Of a stretch of DNA of 64,000 nt, positions 48,004 through 58,296 are shown one piece after another. The notes under the pieces are model-generated. The model was given only the letters and a program-made list of their open reading frames with translations. It made no database searches and was not told the origin of the DNA. The stretch is from Macrostomum hystrix (Eukaryota > Animalia > Platyhelminthes): NCBI GenBank assembly GCA_950097015.1, contig CATNEN010000024.1, forward strand, positions 5,518,001 through 5,582,000. Reading direction: 5' to 3'. Each line of letters opens with the position of its first letter. The first letter of the stretch is position 1. The translations under genes and the position numbers were made by a program.

Positions 48004-49539
48004 TGAAGAGAGGGGCTTCCTGTAGACACAGGCAGGAATAACCCGCTCAGCCGCGATCCCAAAACTGAGCGGGGGCAGCCAAAAAAGACAAGTTACAACC
48101 CGGGGTGGGATGCCAGGACCACCGGGAGGAACCGTAAGAGACCAGACTACTCCCTGGCCAAGCGTCCATCAGCACGGTCAACACTGGGACATTGGAGGGT
48201 GCCATTGAGCCGGCGCCGAGGCCTGCGGGCTGGCCGCAAACCCTGTTAAGGTCAAAGGGTGACACCTGTCCCTCAGGGCCGTAGCCAGAGGTACCTGATC
48301 ACGCACAGGTGCACGAAAAATGCGGACAAGCCACATACCCTGTTAAGGTCAAAGGGTGACACCTTTCCCTCCAGCCGGGGCTAGAGGTACCCAGTTTGGC
48401 CGGAGGCCCTGGATGGGTCATCCAGCGCTGTTGCCCATTCTGTCCGGCTACCCTAGGGTCAGCCTTGAACACTCGCGGGACGTGTACCCATGGGTCAGCT
48501 GACGGGACAGCGTTGGAGGGATTCCTGCACCCGAAGGTACAGGTCTCCTTCCTGCCAGGCCTGCTCAAAAAACGGCTGCAGGTGTGAGGCATCGCAGACC
48601 AAAGCCCGTGGGCCTGGACTGACTCATACCTCACAGGCACTGTGTCCCGCCGGTGCGAGCGAATTAAAGGGTCACAGCCTTAATCTCTGTTTTTATTTAT
48701 GAGATCTACACTAGCTCCTTCTCAGAATGACTAACACAACAATTTCACTATTTAAAGATTGTTCTCAGTTTTGCCTTTATTAGTTTGGCTCACTGGCAAA
48801 TTAAATTTCGTTATGAAACTGACTCTCCTGTTATATTGGTTGTTTACATTACATGTTTTAACCAATGTAATTTTATAAAATAAAAGCATATTTAAGAAAT
48901 AATATATACCTTGGAATAATTTTTAGTGTAAATTTAACTGCTAAAATAAAATTGAATACTTAGGCTGCTATAACTCGCCTTCTCTAAAAGAAAAAATTGA
49001 AAAAATCATGAGTGATATTTTTTCTATAAGCAATCGCAGCTATAAAAATACAATGATCAAAAATGCAACAAAAATAAACATAAGGAAGCACACACAATTA
49101 ATAACTCTTGTGTTTAAAAACCTCTAATCCCTAAAACAATAAAATATTAAAGTCCAAAATAAAATCATTACTCAAAGTCACATTGCTCCGGCAGCTTCTG
49201 GTAAAATGGCCAGCCAAGCTGCTGACTCAGCCAGCGCATCTTGATAGCCAGGAGACATTGGAATGCCGGCATCTGCAGCAATGGCCCGCCAGACTGAGGC
49301 GCTGACATATTGTAGTATGGCCATTGCATTGGACCGAGATAGCCATTCACGAAGTGCCCTGATAGCCGGCCACACTTGTGAGCACTGTGGAAGCGCTTTG
49401 GTCCTTAGGTACACAATCCTCAGCAAGTACTGAACTAGAATGAATAGGCTGCTCTCAATTGGGATGCCATGTTGTAGAATTAGCACCCTAGTCACCCGCC
49501 GGTAGTCGGTCCACTTTGCAGGTGGCGGGGAATTGCCTG

Positions 49540-50130
49540 CTTGCGGACGAGAAGAATGCAGAGAAGCTTGCAGACGAGAAGTATGCGTAGAGGCTTGCAG
49601 ACAAGAATGATATGGAGAATCTTGCGGACGAGAAGTATGCGGAGAGGCTTGCGGACGAGAAGTATGCAGAGAGGCTTGCGGACGAGAAGTATGCGGAGAG
49701 GCTTGCGGACAAGAAGGATATGGAGAAGCTTGCGGACGAGAAGTATGCGGAGAGGCTTGCGGACAAGAAGGATATGGAGAAGCTTGCGGACGAGAAGTAT
49801 GCAGAGAGGCTTGCGGACGAGAAGTATGCAGAGAGGCTTGCGGACAAGAAGGATATGGAGAAGCTTGCGGACGAGAAGTATGCGGAGAGGCTTGCGGACA
49901 AGAAGGATATGGAGAAGCTTGCGGACGAGAAGTATGCGGAGAGGCTTGCGGACAAGAAGGATATGGAGAAGCTTGCGGTAGAGAAGTATGTGGAGAGGCT
50001 TGCGGACGAGAAGGATGTTGAGAAGCTGGCGGACGAGAAGTATGCGGAGAGGCTTGCGGGCAAGAAGTATGCAGAGAAGCTTGCGGACGAGAAGGACACG
50101 GAGAAGCTTGCGGACGATGTGGCGAAGCTT
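49540..50130 (+). repeat. 27-bp repeat encoding DEKYAERLA/DKKDMEKLA nonamers (ORF 49612-50202)
   Basis: Direct reading; coding status uncertain. Confidence 0.7.
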
Positions 50131-50329
50131 GAGGACGTGGACGCGGAGAAGCTTGCTCTCACCAAGACGATGCAGGAGCTGACTTTAGCAAGCAAGCAGT
50201 AGGCGGAGACGGACAAGCAAAGGTCGCACATTTTTTGCTTTTTTTGGTGATAGTGCTCTCGTCAATCAAATGTTCTACTGGTGGTCGCTTGTGCTTTGAT
50301 TTGGTATCTGGGACCGAGAAGGTCCCAGA

Positions 50330-52906
50330 ATGCTTTGCATGCTGCAGGCAGTAAAGCAGGTAATCTACGTCGTCTAAAAAGAGAAAAAGACATCCGCTTA
50401 GGGTCTAAGTAAACTTCCTAATTGGTGTACCATTTATATGTTTATACCTGAATTATGTAGACTAGGTTTATAAAAAAGCTGAGGTATTTAATTAAAAGAT
50501 ATACATTTTATGGAACGTTGCTGCAACATGTAGGAAATTGTCTCGCTGTCAGTTCTATGATACCCAGATCCTTCACTTTTGGTTAATTTTATCCTCTTAC
50601 AGTCTTTCCGTAGACTCTCCCAATTAGCTGCCGCTTCGGCTTGGTGGCGCCGTCCCTATCTTATTGGCATGGCAACTGTGGCTACAGCAGGTGCTGGTCT
50701 GGCACTCGCCAGCTCATTGCATTCGCCTCCATTTAAAATTGCCGCCACAATCTCCGCGCCAATGTGCAGTGCGGCCACAATAGGCCGACCATTGGATTGG
50801 ATGTCCGACCCTGTGTCTGACCAGGTCTGGCTGTGCGCCCCAGCTAATAGTGCGGAGCCTCGGGTCAGCATGGAACGTCTATGCATGGATGTACAGGTAA
50901 GTTGTTTGGCTATGAAGAACTGGCGCCTGTCATTCATTTAGAGGTCGTAATGCACTTTATGACTTAGCTAGAGGTCATAGCAGACTGAATGACTTGAACT
51001 GGATTTATAGTAAAATTAATGAGTAAAGCTGGTGGTCACATTAGATTGAATAACTGGTCATAACAGAGTGATTAAATTCATCAATATTGAACCTATTGTC
51101 TTCAAACCATAAATTGACAGTGATGCTGAATTTACGAAATTCTTGAGTAATATTGAATATTCCCATTTTTTACGATGAACTGACTTTCAAAGCCGTCCGT
51201 CAGCATCGTCGTGATATTCAGCGATTTTTTGGAGACCCTGGTGTCAAGAACAAATTGCATGACATCTTGACAAGATTCGTTGAATATCTCGACGATGCCG
51301 ATGTTTCGTGACTCTGGAAGTTGTTTCATTTGATAGAGCGGAAAATGTTCACATTATAGCGGAGTGTTTTGGATTTTCATGGCGATAGGTTGAATATTTT
51401 GGGAGATACAGAAATGAGCACAATGCGACTATTTACTACCAGCGTCTTTCTTACTGTTAAGCGAGTCTATAATTAAATTATTCAATCTCTCCTACCGTTC
51501 AGGGCCGCCTATGCCGAGCAATGGAAGAGCTAGACGGCGAGGCTCGCTTCGTCGTAGACAAATGGGACCGACCGTCTGGCGGCGGTGGCATCTCCTGCGT
51601 TATGACCGACGGCGCAGTGTTCGAGCGGGCCGGCGTCAACATCAGCGTGGTGCACGGCACCCTCAGCCCGCAGGCTGTTCGCCAGATGAACTCCCGGCCA
51701 GACCGGCACAAACTGCCCGAGGGCTGCGAGTTGCCGTTCTGCGCCATCGGCATCAGCTCCGTCATTCATCCCAGGAATCCCTACGTGCCAACTATGCATT
51801 TCAATTATCGCTACTTTGAAGTTGACGACGGCAAAGGCGGCAAGTCATGGTGGTACGGCGGCGGCGCCGATCTAACGCCATTCTTTCTTGACAGAGAGGA
51901 CGCGACGCATTTTCACACGGCATTGAAAGCGGCCTGCGACAAGCATGACAAGTGAGGCTGAATTATATACCCTAGAGAATGATGGTTGGGGTTAGCTATG
52001 GGTCTTAGACTCGATGCCTTTAATATTTTGGTTCTGTTAGTATCTGGACAGGTGCAAGTTGTTTTGCATCGTGTGTGATTGCACATGTTGCTTAATTAGT
52101 TAAGACATTGGCACATCTTTTTGTGACACTAGACCCGCAGCCAGCGAGGAGGCAATTCTGCCCATTTCGCTGACTCCTGAGCACAGGCATACAGATACTG
52201 TACGCAGGCATACGCTCACACAGGTGTGCACATCTGCCCTGACTTTCTCATCGTCAGGCAGTGTACACTCTCCCTGTGCCTTGGAGGTTGGCCCTCAATC
52301 CCCCAAGCCTTCTCTCCGCGGCTGCGCCCTAAATAAATGTGGCCTCGCCGCGGAATCGAACTTAGGGACCTTGGTGCGAGAGGCAAACGCGTTAACCACT
52401 CTGCCCCCGACCCCTTGTGCCTTATGAGAGCTAAGAATTTGCAACTGCGGCACAAACCCACGCGCAGGTCTCTCTATCCGAAGTACAAGGCCTGGTGCGA
52501 CGACTATTTTGTAATTGAGCATCGGGGCGAGCGACGCGGTGTCGGCGGCATCTTCTTTGACGACGTTGATTCGCCTAGCCAGCCGGCGGCGTTCGCCTTT
52601 GTTGACTCCTGCGCCAAGGCCATCGAGTCTGCCTATCTGCCGATAGTACGCAAGAATATGCGGCGTGGCTATTCCTATGCCGACCGGCAGTGGCAGCTCT
52701 TGCGGCGCGGCCGCTACGTTGAATTCAATCTGGTTTACGACAGAGGAACCAAATTCGGCCTGAACACTAAGGATGCCAGGATTGAGAGCATCCTCATGAG
52801 CCTGCCGCCCCTGGCCCGGTGGGAGTATTGCCACAATCCGGACGCTGATCCAGTCAAGGCTCAGCTGATGCGGGTGCTGCGCGATCCGGTGGACTGGGTT
52901 AAATAA
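50330..52906 (+). CDS. CPOX: Oxygen-dependent coproporphyrinogen III oxidase, about 403 aa; exons 50330-50359 (tentative), 50603-50896, 51503-51951, 52468-52906
   Basis: [99 protein letters not shown]-terminus resembles a mitochondrial presequence; exon sum 1212 nt. Confidence 0.95.
52110..52412 (-). mobile_element. tRNA-derived SINE, family 1, most complete copy, in CPOX intron 3
   Basis: A box GGCAGAGTGG and B box GTTCGATTCC on the minus strand, followed by the same body as the 6.0 kb and 26.6 kb copies. Confidence 0.85.
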
Positions 52907-52919
52907 CTGCGCTTAGCTT

Positions 52920-54005
52920 TTTCTGCTTTCCTGTAATCAGATGGGATCCTGTCTGCTTTCCTGTAATCAGATGGGATCCTGTCTGCTTTCCTGTAATCAG
53001 ATGGGATTCTGTCTGCTTTCCTGTAACCAGATGGGATTCTGTCTGCTTTCCTGTAATCAGATGGGATCCTGTCTGCTTTCCTGTAATCAGATGGGATCCT
53101 GTCTGCTTTCCTGTAATCAGATGGGATTCTGTCTGCTTTTCTGAAATCAGATGGGATTCCTTCTGCTTTCCTGTAATCAGATGGGATTCTGTCTGCTTTC
53201 CTGTAATCAGATGGGATTCTGTCTGCTTTCCTGTAATCAGATGTGATCCTGTCTGCTTTCCTGTACTCAGATGGGATCCTGTCTGCTTTCCTGTAATCAG
53301 ATGGGATTCTGTCTGCTTTCCTGTAATCAGATGGGATTCTGTCTGCTTTCCTATAATCAGATGGGATCCTGTCTGCTTTCCTGTAATCAGATGGGATCCT
53401 GTCTGCTTTCCTGTAATCAGATGGGATTCTGTCTGCTTTCCTGTAATCAGATGGGATTCTGTCTGCTTTCCTGTAATCAGATGGGATTCCTTCTGCTTTC
53501 CTGTAATCAGATGGGATTCTGTCTGCTTTCCTGTAATCAGATGGGATTCTGTCTGCTTTCCTGTAATTAGATGGGATTCTGTCTGCTTTCCTGTAATCAG
53601 ATGGGATTCTGTCTGCTTTCCTGTAATCAGATGGGATTCTGTCTGCTTTCCTGTAATCAGATTGGATTCTGTCTGCTTTCCTGTAATCAGATGTGATCCT
53701 GTCTGCTTTCCTGTAATCAGATTGGATTCTGTCTGCTTTCCTGTAATCAGATGTGATCCTGTCTGCTTTCCTGTACTCAGATGGGATCCTGTCTGCTTTC
53801 CTCTAATCAGATGGGATTCTGTCTGCTTTCCTGTAATCAGATTGGATTCTGTCTGCTTTCCTGTAATCAGATGTGATCCTGTCTGCTTTCCTGTAATCAG
53901 ATTGGATTCTGTCTGCTTGCCGGTAATCAGATAGGATTCTGTCTGCTTTCCTGTAATCAAATGGGATTCTGTCTGCTTGCCGGTAATCAGATGGGACCAA
54001 GTCTG
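52920..54005. repeat. 30-bp minisatellite (CTGCTTTCCTGTAATCAGATGGGATTCTGT) starting about 15 bp after the CPOX stop
   Basis: Direct reading, about 36 units. Confidence 0.95.
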
Positions 54006-54687
54006 CTTTTCATGTTTCTGTGTTTCTTTTCACCCTTGCCCTATTCTTTGTTTGAATCCGATAAATTAACTATCTTATTATTGGTGCTGTTTCACTGCTG
54101 ACAAGAACCGGTGAAAACTGCACTGACTGCAGTTTCTTGGTGTTCCTCCTCTAAAGAACCATACAAACCTTGTTTCCTTTCTGTGCGTACTCAATTTTTT
54201 GTCAATGTCAATGAAAGATGACACGAATAGTTGTTAGTTTGCTTTTGCTATCATCGTGTGTGACCATTGTGCTTGTTTAGTTAAAAAAAGTTTTTTTTAG
54301 ATTTGCAATAGTTGTTTGTAGTTATCCTCTTAAAATGACCATTCAATTTCGAAACATGGTGTCTACTACAAGTAATACATTATGTAGAAAACAATCATGT
54401 GTGTAACTAATAGTAAACTGTTACTGTTCTGATTTTACTCGGCGTTGCAAAAAAGTCTACTTGATCAGCATAGATTCGATTAAAGAAATATTTATTAAAT
54501 CGATTCTGTTACTTTTGGTAACAGATTTGTTTAGCATTCGGAATAATCATTTTAATCCATTTCCAATAAACGGAGCAATATTTGTCTAATTTGTGCTTAT
54601 AAATCTTTTTGTCAATTCATTCTTTCTTTTTTTCTACTGGTAACTCAATAAATGTAAAATATGGTTTAGAAATTTTTATACAGGAAA

Positions 54688-54975
54688 CAGTGCTGTAGCA
54701 GTTAACAGATTGAAGGGACCAGTGCTGTAGCAGTTAACAGATTAAAGGGACCAGTGCTGTAGCAGTTAACAGATTGAAGGGACCAGTGCTGTAGCAGTTA
54801 ACAGATTGAAGGGACCAGTGCTGTAGCAGTTAACAGATTGAAGGGACCAGTGCTGTAGCAGTTAACAGATTGAAGGGACCAGTGCTGTAGCAGTTAACAG
54901 ATTGAAGGGACCCGTTCCACAACAGTTAACAGATTGAAGGGACCCGTTCCACAACAGTTAATAGATTGAATGGAC
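54688..54975. repeat. 32-bp minisatellite (CAGTGCTGTAGCAGTTAACAGATTGAAGGGAC)
   Basis: Direct reading; an adjacent 31-bp repeat lies at about 55015-55150. Confidence 0.9.
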
Positions 54976-55403
54976 CTGTTCCGCAACATGTATAATTGAT
55001 GAATAGAAGAAAATGTCATGTATCAGTTGATGGATGGATGAACAAGTAATGTATCAGTTGATTGGTTGAAGAACAAGTAATGTATCAGTTGATTGGTTGA
55101 AGAACAAGTAATGTATCAGTTGATGGATGGATGAACACGTCATGTATCAGTTGATTATCGAGGGGCCGGAGCGGCAACAATTAAGTTGATTCGCAATTGA
55201 TTTCTGAGTCTACAAAGTTGTGCACTTGTTCTGAATATCATCTACAGCTGAGTTATTCTGCAGTCCGAGGACGACATATTTTGGCTGCTTTGCTGAAATC
55301 AGACCGATTTTTCTGCGATTTGGCTTCAAGAAGTCACTGCAGCTGCCGCAGAGTACTTTTCGGATCAGCCAACAACACAACCACTGGCGCCACCTGCTGG
55401 GTT

Positions 55404-57144
55404 ATGTCTAAGCAACATCGCTCCGTTCACAATAGCAAGTGGGGCTATGATCCCTTGAAAAGGGGTGAGTGTTGCCACCTTAATCCTTAATCGCTACTAT
55501 AATATCGTCTATCTGACCGTTTTAACGATTAATTTATCAGGTGTGTCTGACTAATTATCAGCTGTTTCTGACTTATTATCAGGTTGTCTGACTGATTATC
55601 AGGTGTGTCTGACTGATTATCAGGTGTGTCTGACTGATTATCAGGTGTGTCTGACTGGTTATCAAGTGTGTCTGACTGGTTATCAGGTGTGTCTGACTTG
55701 TTATCAGGTGTGTATACCTCAGATCCCTCCCCGCGCCAAGATGCCTACCTGTCTATGCCGCTCGACGAGCGTCGCAAGAATTATACCTGTGGCGAGCACT
55801 ACACCAGCCTGGCGGACATTCCGACCTGGGCGCAGCAGGCAGGTGCTGCCAGCGGGCCAGACGATGGCGACCCTCTTGCGCGCCGCGTCTCCCTTCACGT
55901 CGGCGACATCACCAAGCTTGAAATCGACGCGATCGCCAACGCCGCCAATTCCAGTTTGATGGGCGGCGGCGGAGTCGACGGCGCAATTCACCGGGCCGCT
56001 GGGCCACTGCTCAAAGCCGAGTGCGCACAGCTGGGCGGCTGCGACACCGGCGACGCCAAGGCCACCTGCGGCTACAAGCTGCCCGCGCGGTCAGTGGTGA
56101 CTCCCAGATCCCCATATTCGATCTCTAATCCTCCCAGATCCCCAGATTTGAGCTCCCATCATCCCAGATCCCCATATTCGATCTCTAATCCTTCCAGATC
56201 CCCATATTCGATCTCTAATCCTCCCAGATCCCCATATTCGATCTCTAATCCTCCCAGATCCCCAGATTTGAGCTCCCATCATCCCTAATCCCTGTTTCCA
56301 GCCGCCATTCGCTCTGCGCTTTTTATCCAGGTATGTGCTGCACACTGTCGGCCCGATGGGATCAGGTGACAAGGCGCTCCACAGCTGCTACCGCCGCTGT
56401 CTGGACCTGGCGCAGCAGCTCGGCCTGACCTCTGTGGCCTTCCCCTGCATCAGCACCGGAGTCTACGGCTTCCCGGCTAATCGGGCGGCCAAAATTGCTC
56501 TCGACACTGTGCGCGACTTTCTTGCTAACAACGCCTATGGCGAGAGGATCGAGCGCATCATCTTCTGTGTCTTTTTAGACTCGGATTATCGCCTGTACAG
56601 CCAGCTGCTGCCAATCTATTTTCCCACCGAGCGGCTCCCAGTTAAAAAGCTGAAAGAGCAGCAACAGCCAGTCTCAGGTGCTGATTTGGCAGGTGAAGGC
56701 GCCGCCGCCTCCGCTTCCACCGCTTCCACCGCTTCCACTAAAGCCTCTGACGCTCCTGCTGCTGAAGCCTCCGACACCAAGGCCTCCGGTCAGCCCGCTG
56801 GTGAAGCCTCCGACGCCAAGGCCTCCGGTGAGCCCGCTGCTGAAGCCTCTGACGCCAAGGCCTCCGCTGAGCCTGCTGCTGAAGCCTCAGACGCCAAGGC
56901 CTCCGCTGACCTTGCTGCTGAAGCCTCAGACGCCAAGGCCTCCGCTGACCCTGCTGCTGAAGCCTCAGATGCCAAGGCCTCCGCTGACCCTGCTGCTGAA
57001 GCCTCAGACGCCAAGGCCTGCGCTGACCCTGCTGCTGAAGCCTCAGACGCCAAGGCCTCCGCTGACCCTGCTGCTGAAGCCTCAGATGCCAAGGCCTCCG
57101 CTGACCCCGCTGCTGAAGCCTCAGACCCGCAAAATAAAAAATAA
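55404..57144 (+). CDS. MACROD: MacroD1/2-type macrodomain ADP-ribosylhydrolase, at least 413 aa; exons 55404-55464, 55723-56089, 56331-57144; may extend upstream
   Basis: [76 protein letters not shown]; C-terminal 13-aa [13 protein letters not shown] repeats. Confidence 0.93.
55535..55712. repeat. 21-bp minisatellite (TTATCAGGTGTGTCTGACTGA) at the 3' end of MacroD intron 1
   Basis: Direct reading. Confidence 0.9.
56097..56286. repeat. 30-bp minisatellite (CCCAGATCCCCATATTCGATCTCTAATCCT) in MacroD intron 2
   Basis: Direct reading. Confidence 0.9.
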
Positions 57145-57224
57145 GCTATTTATTGATGGTTTGAAAACAACTCTCGATGCTCGAATGAGGATTTAACCTG
57201 ACATTGTTGTTTCAATTAAAATTA

Positions 57225-57520
57225 ATTTTTTTCACCTTTCCTAATTGGACCAGATGTGCAGCCGACAGCACAGCCGCAGCTATTGCGCGGTGCATCTGAA
57301 GGCTGCATACGGCTATTCAGTCCATGGACTGGGGGGACGCCACACCCGCCCTTAATTACCCCAGATGATGCTGGTACCGATGTAACGGCTGGGTGAACTG
57401 AGCAATGCAGAGTTAAGTGTCTTGCTAAAGGACACAGATTGTTCCAGTGGAGTAAGGAATCGAACCCCAAACCTTCAAAGTCTCTAGTCGGACGCCCTAA
57501 CCACTAGGGTACAACCACCT
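57225..57520 (-). mobile_element. CORE-type tRNA-derived SINE (family 2)
   Basis: Minus strand: A-box-like TAGTGGTTAGGG, B box GGTTCGATTCC, then TGTGTCCTTTAGCAAGACACTTAACTCTGCATTGCTCAGTT, resembling the MIR CORE domain TGTGACCTTGGGCAAGTCACTTAACCTCTCTG.GCCTCAGTT (recalled consensus). Confidence 0.75.
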
Positions 57521-58296
57521 AGCGGTAGTTAAATGTTTAAATAACTTTGCTGTTTTCGACTTTTTGCGCCGGCAAAATTATTTTATCAAATTATTTTTAC
57601 TATTCCTTTGCTTCTGGTTTCAAATGTAGACGTTTTAGTTTAAATAGATTCTGCTTGTGAACTTAACCCTGTTTAAATTTGCCTATTGAAGTGATTTTTA
57701 TAATAATAAAGAAACCATTTGGTTACATATATTCAGCTACGAATGACAATGTCTTAAATCTGTTTGATCGCTTGTTTGTTCAGGTCTTATTACGTTTTAA
57801 TAGGTGTTATCAACTGTCTTAATCAAGCACCTTAAAATGTCCGTTCCTAGTGTTAGCAATGTCCGTTCCTAGTGTTAGCAATGTCCGTTCCTAGTGTTAG
57901 CAATATCTGTTCCTAGTGTATAGTCTATACGAGTACTAGTAGATTCTAGGTGAGTCAATGTATAGTTTCCCTGATGAGAAGACAACTTTTTAGCAGAGTT
58001 CTCAAAGCAGGAAAAGCACATGCTCAAGGCACAGTATTATTTTAAACTATAGTCTTAAAACAAAAATACTCTCGCGGCATCTTTCAAGCGAGTCTGTCGT
58101 CAGTTTTGAAGGCTCTAGCAAGTCCAGCGCCCGTGCTGTTTGCATATATTTTAGCTTTCTTCAACAAAGAAATAAAATTGACAAAACAAAATTATTTTAC
58201 TGGCTTCCTAGCCACTCTTTGGCCAATTTTTTTAAGAGGCTGTTCGAGCCATCCTGCTGGCTTGCCTGTCGAATGGCTGAGCACAACCCTTCCTGG

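Larger units (their letters stand above)
42604..48660 (-). mobile_element. Full-length non-LTR retrotransposon with RNase H (LOA-like, I group)
   Basis: 13-bp TSD GAATTAAAGGGTC at 42591-42603 and 48661-48673; 3' tail TAAGTCAAGTAAGTCAAGTCAA; two intact ORFs; much higher GC than the flanks. Confidence 0.95.

Noticed and set aside
43001-48025. Numerous plus-strand ORFs within the LINE
   Set aside because: Antisense shadows of GC-rich ORF1/ORF2 with no recognisable domains.
52132-52165. GCC-TCCTCGCT-GGC in SINE family 1, identical to the HDV ribozyme P3/L3
   Set aside because: No P1 partner, P1.1 GG, P4 or P2' can be placed; a simple local hairpin explains the pairing.
52222-52262. CTGACGA...GAAA-GTC hammerhead-like core in SINE family 1
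   Set aside because: Stems II and III cannot form, and the motif is mutated in the 26.6 kb copy; it is the loop of a plain hairpin.
50330-52906. Possible bacterial hemF or horizontal transfer
   Set aside because: The gene has spliceosomal introns and a presequence-like N-terminus, as expected for ordinary animal CPOX.
52899-54000. 353-aa ITGKQTESHL repeat ORF
   Set aside because: Reading frame of a 30-bp minisatellite antisense to the CPOX 3' flank; no unique coding sequence.
54688-54975. 32-bp direct repeats resembling a CRISPR array (likewise the other 30-34-bp arrays)
   Set aside because: Units are head-to-tail without unique spacers, there are no cas genes, and the context is eukaryotic.
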